The notes under the pieces: model-generated
Seen by the model: the letters and a program-made list of their open reading frames with translations, nothing else
What the model was told of the DNA's origin: nothing
Databases searched by the model: none
Shown: in pieces, positions 1 to 11,396 of the stretch
Layout of the letters: each line of letters starts with the position of its first letter
Position numbering within the stretch: position 1 is the stretch's first letter
Position numbers and translations under genes: made by a program
From: Chrysomallon squamiferum
Lineage: Eukaryota > Animalia > Mollusca
Length of the DNA: 64,000 nucleotides
Direction: 5' to 3'
Assembly: GCA_012295275.1 (NCBI GenBank)
Contig: CM022672.1
Span: forward strand, 27,342,001-27,406,000

Positions 1-2690
1 CTTCTTGTATTATTAATTTTTCTTCCTTTTTTCTTGGCTGTTCACTTACACACAGCTATCTGTGATTATATTTTTGCTGTTTACTTCCACATATGAACAT
101 TTTTGCTATCCACATATAAACGATTTTGTTATTCTCTTCCATATGTGTATATGACATGTTTGCTATTCAGTCTCATGTATAAATCTATGATTTTATTTGT
201 CCTTTTCACTTAAACACATACACACACGTGTGTATATATATATATATCATGTATATTTTTGCTATTTGTTTCCAAACATCTCTATGAGATGATTGCTGTT
301 CAGTTTCAAATATCCATGTTTTGCTGTTCAATATATCTTGTTTCCGATGCAATTCTATCCTTTCATTTACACATATACCATACTCATACATTTGTGCTCA
401 CTTGCATGCATGGATGCACATACACATACACACACATTTTAGGTTACATCAGTTTTATTCTCAGTTTTGCACAGTTTTTCAGACAATTTTAATGATAGTA
501 TTAATTTAATTTTTATGTGATCTGCTTATTGAATTATTCTTATTCAGACCATAGTAGACGTCAGTAGATTGAAAAGTTGAGAAATAGAACTAACAGATAA
601 TAAATTAATAAAAATTTATATTACACTGAATTAGAAAAATGCTTATTTTGTCATTCTTAAATCTATAGTTATTAAGATGCAGCCTGCTGAAAGTTACTAG
701 TAGTATAGTATAAGAGGTGTGAAAAACAAACATGCTACAGGAGTAAAATTGCATTCTTTATTTTTACACTGTTTCAGTATATCCACAACACTGAGGTTTG
801 TCCTTTTTTTCTCTGTTAGAATAGCTTTGTTAATACATTATTTTTGGTGTTGTTGTTTTTTTCATAGTTTTTATACTTTCATTATTTCAGTTGTTTTTAT
901 GCTGTTTAAAGCTTTTTCAGCATTATATGTTATTTGCATACTTGTATTCATCAACACGCATGAATTCTGGGCACTTTTCTATTTTGTTTTTAATTAATTA
1001 ACATTTTCATTTGGTTATTATTTAAAAGAGTTCTTCTTAATTTTGTTAATATAGTTAATATACTTGATTAAATTCACCTATAATTAATTATATAATTAAT
1101 TAAGACAGTTTGTTTAGTTAATTACAAAGAGCAGTAAATATGAATTGCTCATTATGTTAATTTTAATGAAGTGTGTTTGTGTGTGTATGCATGTATGTAT
1201 ATATGTATGTGTCTGTCTGTATGTATGTGTCAAAAATAATTAACTTCATTTCAAAAAGACCAAACATAATAAAATTAATCAATTAATGTCACAAAATCAG
1301 CTGTATAGTGCAGTGCATGTCCTGAAATATATAATCATTTGCTGCACAGGTTGTTATTTTTCTTTGTTTTTTAAATATTAATTTTTATCACCCAATTAAT
1401 AACAATAATAATATATCATGTTTAAAAATACTTACAGCATGAGATAACACTGTAGCTAGTTTCTACGTAACAACAATATTGTTGTGCCACTTTACAAAAT
1501 ATTTTTAACACTGTACCAGACATTTATGAGAAATCCTGTGGTGTTAATATTGCCCATATAATTAAATGAAGAAGATCTTGTTGTTTGAGGCTAACTGTTC
1601 ATTTTTGTCCTCCCCTAATATGTTACATTTAAACCTACTTAGTGAGTCTGGTTACAGTTTCATAACAAGCAACATCATGAAATAAAATCAAATATTAAAA
1701 AAAAATTTCATATAAAAATCCTTGTTTTCAAAAAAAAAATAAACCAAATGCAGAATTGTTACTTTAAAAAAATATATATACAATATTTTTTTTAAACGCT
1801 GAAGATGATGATAAATTTCCATTTTGATAATTTTGTTACCACTTTACTATTTTGATAATATATTACCATATTTTTAATTATAATATTTTGAGATTTAAGA
1901 AGAAAATGCATCACAGACAATAGATTTCTAGCAGTCACTTTTGGTGCTTAAACATCATCCCCCCAAAAAAAAAAAAAATAAAACCCACCATGGTATAAAA
2001 TAAAATTTCAAATTTTTTTAAATATTATTTTTCTTAATCCTTTATGTTTTTTGTTTTTTCAAAATTATTTTCAGGCAATTGTATGATTCTCTGAGCACCA
2101 AATTATCTGGGGACTTTTGCACACTCTGATTAGTATTTCTATGAAAATAGTACCACAGATTTTTACAGCTCACTTAACTCATGCAGTATAAATCCTAGTT
2201 TTAAAATTATTTTCCTTTCAAAGCCTTTTATTTTCAGTTTAAGCTTTAATTTTTGATTTAAGCAGTTTTCTGTTGTTCAGAAATTAATTTGTTAACCCAG
2301 ATGTTTAAGTTTTTGAAAGTTGATGAAAATAGTAATTAGAATATTATAATGTTGGAATTTGTCCTCATAACAAATTAATGTTTGTTTCCTTTCAATGTTT
2401 GTCTTTAACATAGTTTTTATTAAAGGGTTTTTGGGGGAAGAATGAAAAATGAAAGATAATAATAACCTGCTTTTGTCGTGAAGAGGATTTCAGTCACTGT
2501 GTCTGATTTTGTTCTGGTGTAACATAAATCTATAAATATAAGCAGATGCAGCAGTGTATTACTTCAGGGTGAATAATTAATAATCAGTTCATTATTTTGC
2601 AGAAAATTTATTCTAGAATTTTTTTAATCATTCACTATTATATTATTTAATTTCTAATATTTTTTAATTATTTTTATTATTATTTAACAG

Positions 2691-3794
2691 TTGGCTGACA
2701 GCAATTCCTCGTCATCTACTGACCATTCCAGTGATGTAACTCCTAGTGAAACATCTTCCAGCATACCTTACCGTGACATGTCAAATGACGTCAGTGCAGA
2801 ACTCATGACACAAAAGCTCATTGACTTCTCAGAATTTACAACAGAAGCAGAAAGACCCCCAGACATTCCTCCTAGAGTATCAATTCAGACAGACTCTGAA
2901 CAGAATCTGATTCCTCCCATCAGACCACCAAGACCAAGAGCTAAAGAGAAAGAACTCATCAAGTTTGATTCAGCTGATTCCGAAATGGACACAGACATAT
3001 TTGATCCACTGAAGCAGAAAGGTGGAGACTTAAAGCAGAGTTCACCTCAAAGATCAGGGCTTGAAAGGAGTCTTAATAACCGAGGGTCATTGATAAACAG
3101 GTCTCCAGCATTTAGGAGGCCAAATGAAGAAGTTCCTAAACGGGCTTCCTATCGCCCGGATCATGAATCATCTCCCGAATGTAATTTAGATGAACCTGTT
3201 GGATTATCATCATCATTATCATCATCATCAACACCGTTGGCTGGTTTTGACAAACGTTTATATCCAAATCTTTTTCCAGTTCAAGCCACAAATGATTTGC
3301 TTCAGGACTGGGATCTAAGCCATCTGTCAGGAACCAGAACAAGTCCTGTGACAGTTCCACCACGCCCTTGTCCTCCTGTCAGGGGTTGTCAAAGTTCACC
3401 AGTTCCAGTTGGTATGTTAGCCTCTGACATGACTAACAAGCCTGTGCCAAAACCTAGACTGTCTGCAGCAAGCAAGTTTGAAACTGCTTCTTTCCAGACT
3501 CATTCTTCTCAGTCGAATTTTCAAAACCGTGGCCCATCCCCTCAGTTAGGAACTTCAAACCAAAGTTCAGCAAAACACACATTTGGAGATTTATTTCAAC
3601 CATCTTCTCAAAACTCCAGTGTTTCAAATCTTGCTTCACAATCGGCTGGACATGTCAGACAGAAAAGAGATCCATTCGAGGATTTAATTGGATTGACACA
3701 GAATATTCCAGTTTCAAAACATCAGTCAAATGATAGCACCTCTTCAGCACCTGCTGATTCTACTCCTAAAACAAAGTGGCAGACATTTGACTGA
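2691..3794 (+). CDS. DENND1: Terminal coding exon of a connecdenn/DENND1A/B-like endocytic adaptor (Rab35 GEF family); upstream exons not identified
   Basis: T-rich acceptor ...tatttaacag|TTG at 2690/2691, so the ORF-track 'M' is a TTG in an internal reading frame; open to TGA 3792-3794. Disordered S/P-rich tail with clathrin-box-like LIDFS and LIKFD, FxDxF (FGDLF), DPF, PxxP motifs and a C-terminal WxxF-acidic motif. The end RDPFEDLI...KWQTFD* resembles the DENND1A C-terminus as I recall it (DPFEDLL...QWETFE*). The DENN domain itself is not in the window. Confidence 0.72.
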   Translation: MADSNSSSSTDHSSDVTPSETSSSIPYRDMSNDVSAELMTQKLIDFSEFTTEAERPPDIPPRVSIQTDSEQNLIPPIRPPRPRAKEKELIKFDSADSEMDTDIFDPLKQKGGDLKQSSPQRSGLERSLNNRGSLINRSPAFRRPNEEVPKRASYRPDHESSPECNLDEPVGLSSSLSSSSTPLAGFDKRLYPNLFPVQATNDLLQDWDLSHLSGTRTSPVTVPPRPCPPVRGCQSSPVPVGMLASDMTNKPVPKPRLSAASKFETASFQTHSSQSNFQNRGPSPQLGTSNQSSAKHTFGDLFQPSSQNSSVSNLASQSAGHVRQKRDPFEDLIGLTQNIPVSKHQSNDSTSSAPADSTPKTKWQTFD

Positions 3795-6700
3795 GTATTG
3801 TTAACTTGTTGTTTGTTTTGTTTTCTCCATCTTGTTAAAAAATATTTATTTTGTTATGTTGTTAATGTGTGAAATGAATGCAGGGGTGTCCACAGGCAGA
3901 GGTTTTGCATATCAAGTATTTTGCTTTCTTTCAATTTAACATTTAACCACATCTGAATGGTTTTATAAGGATAAGAGAATTTTCTGCTAATACTGATATG
4001 GTTTTTTTTTTTTTGTTGATTACTAGCAGCCATTGTGAATAAAATGTTCAGATCAGAATGTGATTCCATGTAAGAAGACATTCTGGTCATTGCTTCAACG
4101 CCTAATCTTCACGTTTTCAGAACAATAGATCATCACAGTTATATCATCCATGTTAAGGTTTTCACAGCAGATCTCTATTTTCATGTCCTTTTTTTTTGTG
4201 TGTATTTGTCTTTATTTTCACAGGTTTAAAAATTTAAATGTCTTTGTAATTGTTGAAAATATTTCACATTTGAGTCTTTCATCAATTCTCATAAAATGTA
4301 AAGTTATAAAGAGAACATTAGCTTTTGAGTATGATATAGATTCAAGCATCAGGTTTTTCATATGAAAGTCATTACTCTAGTCAACCATTACATTACAGTA
4401 GGTTATACTTGTTGGCAAAACAGGTTTTTAATGGAAAAAATAGAGATAGATTGATACCTAACAGATACATAGAGGACAGATAACACAGAAATACATGTTG
4501 ACAAAATTCTGTTTAACAGGCAATAGTACACATTATCAAAATAATTCTTTACTTGTGGATAGAATATAGATGCTTAACAGAAACTTGACAGATAAAAAAA
4601 CAGAATTATTTGACAAAAGATTACATGATGAACAAGAGCTAAGAATTTGAAGATCATGACAAATGTTCTGTATTTTGATGGAAATAATTTCCATCTTGTT
4701 ATTTGATGTATTTACATTTACAGTGGTAAATTCTAGAAGCTAAAGATTATGAGAACAGTAGTTTTCTGTAAGTTTGTAAAAATGAAAACTTGCATAAAAA
4801 GAGTTATTTCATAAAAAAAAAAGCTTAGGAATCTGATTAGCAAAACATAAAATGATGGGCAGTACAAAATAATATGAAACTGGAAACAAGTAACTGTTAT
4901 ATAAGGAGACTGACAAGCTATTATGTAATTGTAGATACTTACATATAATGATCTACTTAACAGAAACAGGAACTTTCTTGAGTTAGTCTTTTATTATATT
5001 TATATACTGTAGAAGACAGAATAGTACAAATCATTCAACAGGGTTTATATTATTTATTTATAATAGAATTTAAATAGAATTTTAAAATTATTGCAAATGT
5101 TTTACTATGATATTCCAAGAGAAAGCTCGCCATTTCTGATAATTTAATACACTAGCAGTGGCATTCACACACAAACATGCACACGCACGCACACACACAG
5201 AGGAAATATCAGGATTTTATTACGTTTATAATAAAATATTATCTGACAAAATGGTATTATTATTAAAATTAAAATTAAACAAAATTATCTTGGTCAGCAC
5301 ACCTTGATACCTGTGTGTAAAATAATAAGTTGTGCTTACTGGTAATTTCATGTTTAAATCATGTTAGTAAGACACATGCTGAATAATTGTTATAAACAGA
5401 TAACTGATCCTGTTTGGTTTTATTTGAAAATGCTCGTTTTCTTTTGAGAGAAAATTACTTGATATGTCTGCTGTGTTTATATTTTGAAGTCAGGAATTTT
5501 ATACACTTTTAAAATTTGTCATGCATTTTTTTTTTTTCCTAGAAATTTGTTATTTATTATGAAAATATGTATTCAGTAAAAAGAACATTCTTAATGGGAT
5601 AAGGATGTGTTTTTTAAATCATTACATGTATGACTTTCAGTTCTCATTTTCTTTATGTATGTATTTATTTAATAAGTAATCACACATCCAGTTCACACCC
5701 ATTAAATCCATGTCTCTTGGAAAATTTAGTTTATTCAGAAATGTAAAACTAACTGGTCAGAATGTAAATCTACTCAGTTTGTCATGTAAACGTTCTCAGT
5801 TTGAGAATTGATTTTTGTCAGTATTATTTCAGGGGTAAAACAATTTTCAAATCACTTCTAGATAGAAAAGAGATAATCAAATCTGTGAGAAAAATAAAAA
5901 GGTATTTTAAATAAAATGAACTTTGTACATAATGGCACTCTTACTTACAAATTAATGTAATTGTGTGTTTTATCTGGTTTGTAGTGTACTTAGCTCAGGT
6001 TTCTAGAATTTTCTCTAATATTTTCACTTTTTGGACATCATGTACATAGTTTTATTATCTGGATGTTATTAATTTAATTGCACTTGTGGCACTACAAGAT
6101 AGCTTAATTAAGTTTCAGACAATTATTTTGTTTGTTCCTAATGTCTGTCTGTTGCTGATAATAATAAAATAAGGATGGTGACATTTTCATGAAATCTTCT
6201 TGTTAAAAGATATGTAAACAGCGATACTAAGGATACTGTAACATTGAAGTAATTTATCAAGTTTATCAGATTCATTTTTCTTTTTTCAGTTAATTACTGT
6301 TTATGAAATCGTTTTTCAAGAAAATGTCATCTCTCTGACTTTTGTTAAAATATATTATTAGCAATAACTGGTAGTTAGAAATAAATAGGATAATTTGAAA
6401 ACATACACAATGTTATTTGTTCAAACCATGACTGGTATAGTAAAAACACTGGGAAGAATGTCAAAATATAGTAACTGTTGTTTTATTTTTATTTAATTAT
6501 TTGTTAATTTTTATTATTATTAAGTTTTTTATATTATTGAACATAATATTTTTATAAAAAAAGAAATGAAAAAAGAAATTAATACAAATACCTGTGATAA
6601 ACAGAATTGTTAAAACTTTTCTCATTACAGAAAATCATTATCGTTTTATAGATTATAACAAAATTAATTTCCTTCAAAAGAATTCAAATGTATTTAAGTT

Positions 6701-7808
6701 CAGACTGAACTATTTTTGCTTGTAATGTTCCAGTTGAATTCTGCATGCATTAAATAGCAACCCACAAAAACGTTTTTCACAAATAAATAAAGTTCAGCTT
6801 ATTTGTACATTACTGTAGCTCAATGAACAACAATTGTCAATACTAAATATATTGTAAATAAAATTGTAAAAATAGAGAACGTAAATAAATTCACAGAATT
6901 GTACATATGTAGATCAGTCTGGGAAGCCTGCACAATGTGGTGCTTTAACATGCTGTGATCATTTCATGATGGGAGATGTGTAAATTTCATTGTCTATGTC
7001 TTATTTATGAAAACTGAGGGACGCTGTACATTTCATATCCAGAAGGTTCATGAAATAAAAATGTAAACTACTTGAAAATAAGTCTTGTTTATATAGGAAA
7101 TGTTGGACACTTTTCTGTGATTATTTTTAAAACGGAGGAAATGTCTCTGTGGATAGTGCATAATTTCTTTTTTCTTTATTGGTGGGATTTTGTTTTGAGG
7201 GGTTTTAATTTTCAGATATTGTATTATTATCATTATTAATAGGAATTGCTGGAAATGAAAATAAATTCGAAATTGTAAAAATAAAATAATAAAAGGAAAG
7301 GAAACAAAAAAAAAAAAAATAATAATAATAATTAAAAAGTATGTAGATGAAATTCCTCTGAAGTCTGAGTGTGACCACTGGTACATCCTGGTCCAGTAAG
7401 GTTTCAGTTTGTTTATGAAAGGTACATAAAAAAAACAAAGGTCCACTATTGATAATCAAAAATGGAATCATCTCAAAGCAGAAATGGGCTTCAAATATGT
7501 TGAAATTATTGTCAAATAAATATCTATTAAAATATATTGCAGTGATCATTTTCAGGAATTTTGTGTTCCTTTTTTCTAACATTTATTTAAAAGAACTGTT
7601 TAAAGAATGATCTGAAGTGCTAATTACATGTATAAAAATAATTATAAACACAGATTGATAAGATAGTCACTGCAGCTTGTATTATGGAACCAAATAGTGA
7701 AGAACAAAATGTAAAAACAATAACAGTACACACACACACACACATACATTTATTTTATTTATTTTAAAAGATACATTTAACTCAAATGTTAACATGATTG
7801 ATAATAGG

Positions 7809-8022
7809 CAGTTTGCTGTAGGTGGTGGTGCAGTCTCACTAATGTAGAGTCAATCTATGGGCCACTTCCCATGCTAACAAGCCAACTTTAAGACGTCATG
7901 TGACTCATCCCTTATCAATGTCAGAAAGTCACAGCATCGTGAATGTTGTTGCATCAACCTAATATTGATCATATTGTTAATCTGATTTCACTGCTTCGTA
8001 ACCACAGAAAAGTAAGATGCAT
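7809..8022 (+). repeat. Left direct repeat of the element (214 bp), includes the NS1-like ATG at 7943
   Basis: Matches 12433-12656 with 5 substitutions and one 10-nt indel by manual alignment; contains GACGTCA and TGACTCA (7901-7907) promoter-like motifs. Confidence 0.95.
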
Positions 8023-9939
8023 ACATCTACTTCCTTATCAAGTTTATTCTACTGAGACAGAAGAAATGTGCACTACAGATGATCCAGAGACTGTTTTACT
8101 CTCCAACCCAGAGTGGAAAGAAATCAACGAGTGGCTAGACCGATATCTACCTGATCTTCAATATATCTTTAAAAAAAAAGAAGATGAATATCAACATAAC
8201 GTTATCAAAGATGGCACCGTTGCTTACAGAGACTTTCTACCACGTGATGATAAAATGTAACCCGGAAAAGGTCAACTACTGCGAGATGTACGAGAAACTT
8301 CTACACCCGAAGTATTATCAACCTCGGAAACGACGGACGAAGATGGCAACAAGAAGATGTATCAGAAGAGTTATTACTCAAACTATGATCATCAATGCCT
8401 CGACGCGCCATGTATTAAATGGCATAGTGAGAAACTTGATATTGATAAGATTCCCATTCAATCTGTCAAAGATTTCATTAACAAGGTAAAACTCGTTTTA
8501 CATTCTGATCCTCGGAAAAATTCCACGATTCACGACAATGGTCTGCGAAAGTTTCTGATGGTCATTCATGAGCCTGATCTTGACAATTCTTGTAATTGTA
8601 ATAACAGACATATTCATATTGTCTGTAACAAAGTAGGAATTGTCAAATCAGTAGGGAACGACAAGCAATACAGAGAACTGAAGCAACAAAGGTGGGTGTG
8701 TCTGTTCAATTTAGTAAAGTAAATGAATTGAGGTGGTTGCGTAAATACAAAGAAATTATACTTTCTTGAGTACCGTCTTGCTCCTCGTTCCACTGCTGAA
8801 ATCACCTTAGATCAAGCTTTTGATAATCGTGTTCCTTCCAATGATGACGAGGAAGACGATGATAATGAATGCGCTGCTTGGAAAATACAAATGAGGCCAG
8901 TAAAGGTTCAACCTGCAAAACACTCAGTACAAGACGTTTTAATGCAAATGTTGAAACTTGGCAAAATGGACGTCGAAACTGAAGACGAGCTGTTGTCACA
9001 AGATGAGTCTGAGGTGGTTGCAGATAAACCTGCAAGAAACTCTCGAGAACCTAATACTGAGACTCTCATTCGTCTTGACGAGAAAAAATAAAGTATGAGG
9101 AGACTATCATTAAATAACCTCCTCCTCCACTTGAAGAGAAATTGAAAACAAGTGTAAAGGCTGATGCATTAATTGATGTCATTGATCGCCTTCTTAAATC
9201 TCAGTTAGATCTCTTGCCGAGAGATGATGATCCTGGTCAAGATATCATTGAATATCTTAGAAATGTACAATTAATTACCTGATAAAAATAAAAAAGGTAA
9301 TAAGATTGCTGAAGAATCTAAGATCAACTTTATCTACTGGTGTAATATTGGCGGTCTTGATGCTTTGAAATTGGCAGGTAAAATTGTCAGTATTCTTCGT
9401 AAGATAATGAGAAATCTTGCATTTGCATTAAAAATTACTGGATGATAGAAGGTTTCAAACAATTACCTGCACATACCATCGGTAGAGCAGGTAAAGACGA
9501 AAGGTTTGCATTTGAGTCTTGTTTCAGTAAGAAAATCATTTAATTGATGAATGTTACTCGAGCTACTGCAGAAAGAGATAAAACTGTTTTGCGTGGAGGA
9601 GATGTGGAAGCAGAAAGGTAAAATAAGCCTCCTGTCACCATCTACAAAATCCCTATTTTGATGTGCTCTAACAGAGAGCCTTGGTGGGCATTTCCAGTAG
9701 AAGAATCTGTGACAATCAAAGCTCGTATGTATTACGAAGTTGTCGATAAGTCAAAAGTATCAGACCTTAAAGAGTTTCTAAGGAATGCAAATGCTCCTAA
9801 CCCTAAAATGTGGGTGCTCTTCTGTGATTAGTTTGAGAAGAAAGAAGTTGTTCTTGCAGATTTCTGTCAGTATAATTGGGATGCTGACCTTGACCTTTCT
9901 TCGATCACCCTCCATTCTAAGATAACCTTTACCCATTAA
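7943..9939 (+). pseudogene. Fragmented NS1/Rep-like gene: HUH endonuclease plus superfamily 3 helicase
   Basis: ORF fragments 7943-8260, 8184-8489, 8357-8722 and 8891-9091 join through frameshifts. HUH motif FLMVIHEP...RHIHIV (8609-8623). Helicase half from 9403 reads DNEKSCICIKNYWM...GKDERFAFESCFSKKII[LIDE in shifted frame]...AERDKTVLRGGDVEAER*NKPPVTIYKIPILMCSNREPW...IKAR, matching Walker B, B', motif C and the Arg finger of parvoviral SF3 helicases. Several stops and frameshifts. Confidence 0.82.
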
Positions 9940-9971
9940 CTACATTCCATTGCCAGATATGGAAATAGTTC

Positions 9972-10558
9972 ATGATGTTGAAGCTGGAAGGAAGTCACGA
10001 TCGTAAGCGGAAGAATATGTCTGAACTTTTGACGGTAAAGGATTGTTTTAAACACAAAGAACTTTTTAACAAATATATTTTGCCTTTTATTGGAGTAGAA
10101 TTAGATATTTGGATTTTTGTTGATTGGAAATGTTCGCTTCAACTTAACCATTTTGCTGAATATTTTGATACTAACCATTATTTGCCAGTTTTATTTCATT
10201 TTGTATTAAATAAAATTAACAAATGCACGTATGCTACTTTTATTACCATTTTTCACCAGTTTAACCTTTTTTTTTTCTTTTTTTTATGAATTTAAGTTTT
10301 GACAGAAAAATATGTACCAACCCCTTTCATAAAGTTCAAGGTCCAGTTGCCGGAAGGTCAGTGGTGAAATTGTTCAATGAACTCATGGACTATCAGCCAG
10401 ACTTAAGAATGAAGACAGCCATGAAAGATGTTTATAAATATGGACATTTAACTGACAGCAAAAAGAAATTAGATACATTAGACTTGATGTTGAGTCCATT
10501 ATTGCTGGTGGTAGAGGTGGTCTATCTCTTTGACTATTATCGTCTGAAGGTGTTGTAG
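9972..10558 (+). CDS. Putative spliced accessory ORF of the element (exons 9972-10228 and 10306-10558; 169 aa)
   Basis: A 77-nt GTATGC...polypyrimidine...GACAG intron (10229-10305) joins ORFs 9972-10289 and 10286-10558 in frame (phase 2/2), giving ...KINKCT-KICTNPFHK...; no recognisable homology. Confidence 0.55.
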
Positions 10559-11396
10559 AAGGAGTTGAATCGATTGCACCCGTAAAAGTATAATAAATCC
10601 AATCAACGAATCTTCTACAATGGGGAGTAAAAGGTAATCTATCTAATTGACTAGGATGTCTAAAATACCACCCAATATGTAAATCAAAATCATTTAAGTC
10701 ATTAAGTAAAACTAACATATCTGAAATATTAAGACAATGATGAATTCGTTTGTCTCGTTGCCATCTAAATACTTTTCTTTTAGCTCTTTTTGTAAGATGT
10801 CCGTTCACTTGTACAAAGTCGTCCCATGGTATATCTGGACAAATAACTCGATGTTTCATCATTAGTGCCCAATTTTTAAAATTTTGACTTAAATGTAAAC
10901 CATCTAACAATTGTTGTCTTGAGAAGCTAGTTAGTCGTCTATAATGTTGAATATCAGTCCTTGGACCAAACGCGATTCCTCTTTGATCCTGTAATGTAAG
11001 AGAGCCAGTAGCAGCATCTAAATGAGGTATTTTCTTAAGTGTATCAATTACTGTTAAATCCAACCAACTTCTTTTCTTCTGTCTTGGAGGTGGTAATACA
11101 GGTGGAGGTGCAGCTGAAGATACTGTACAATCTGGATCCACACTTACAATGTCTGGACGATGAAGAAGATTGTCATCGTAGTGACTTTTAGCATAATCTT
11201 GTAGTGCATCTTTCATTTTTTGAATATCTTTACCACACTGTGGTTGTTTAAGAATATCTAATTGTTTTTTCTTCTGTAAATGTCTATAAAAAAGACGAAA
11301 ATTAAATGTATGATCCACATCTTTTAAAGCAGTGGGGGGATCCCAATAATCTGTATCTGAATCAGAATCAGTCTTCTTATGGCAAATACAATCCAT
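10383..11396 (-). CDS. Intact antisense ORF of the element, 337 aa from the first ATG; unknown function
   Basis: Over 1 kb without stops in AT-rich DNA. The ORF-track start at 11462 is TTG; the first ATG is at 11396 (MDCICHKK). Contains a Pro-rich linker and basic NLS-like PRQKKR and KRAKRK. No PLA2 or Gly-rich capsid signature. Confidence 0.7.
   Translation of the reverse strand: MDCICHKKTDSDSDTDYWDPPTALKDVDHTFNFRLFYRHLQKKKQLDILKQPQCGKDIQKMKDALQDYAKSHYDDNLLHRPDIVSVDPDCTVSSAAPPPVLPPPRQKKRSWLDLTVIDTLKKIPHLDAATGSLTLQDQRGIAFGPRTDIQHYRRLTSFSRQQLLDGLHLSQNFKNWALMMKHRVICPDIPWDDFVQVNGHLTKRAKRKVFRWQRDKRIHHCLNISDMLVLLNDLNDFDLHIGWYFRHPSQLDRLPFTPHCRRFVDWIYYTFTGAIDSTPSTTPSDDNSQRDRPPLPPAIMDSTSSLMYLISFCCQLNVHIYKHLSWLSSFLSLADSP

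Noticed and set aside
1-2690. Possible upstream DENND1 exons after acceptor-like sites near 547 and 2074
   Set aside because: Frames hit stops quickly and no convincing donor pairing was found; treated as intron.
8184-8489. Independent NS2-like overlapping ORF
   Set aside because: Better explained as the bridging frame between two frameshifts of the Rep pseudogene, though an NS2 cannot be fully excluded.
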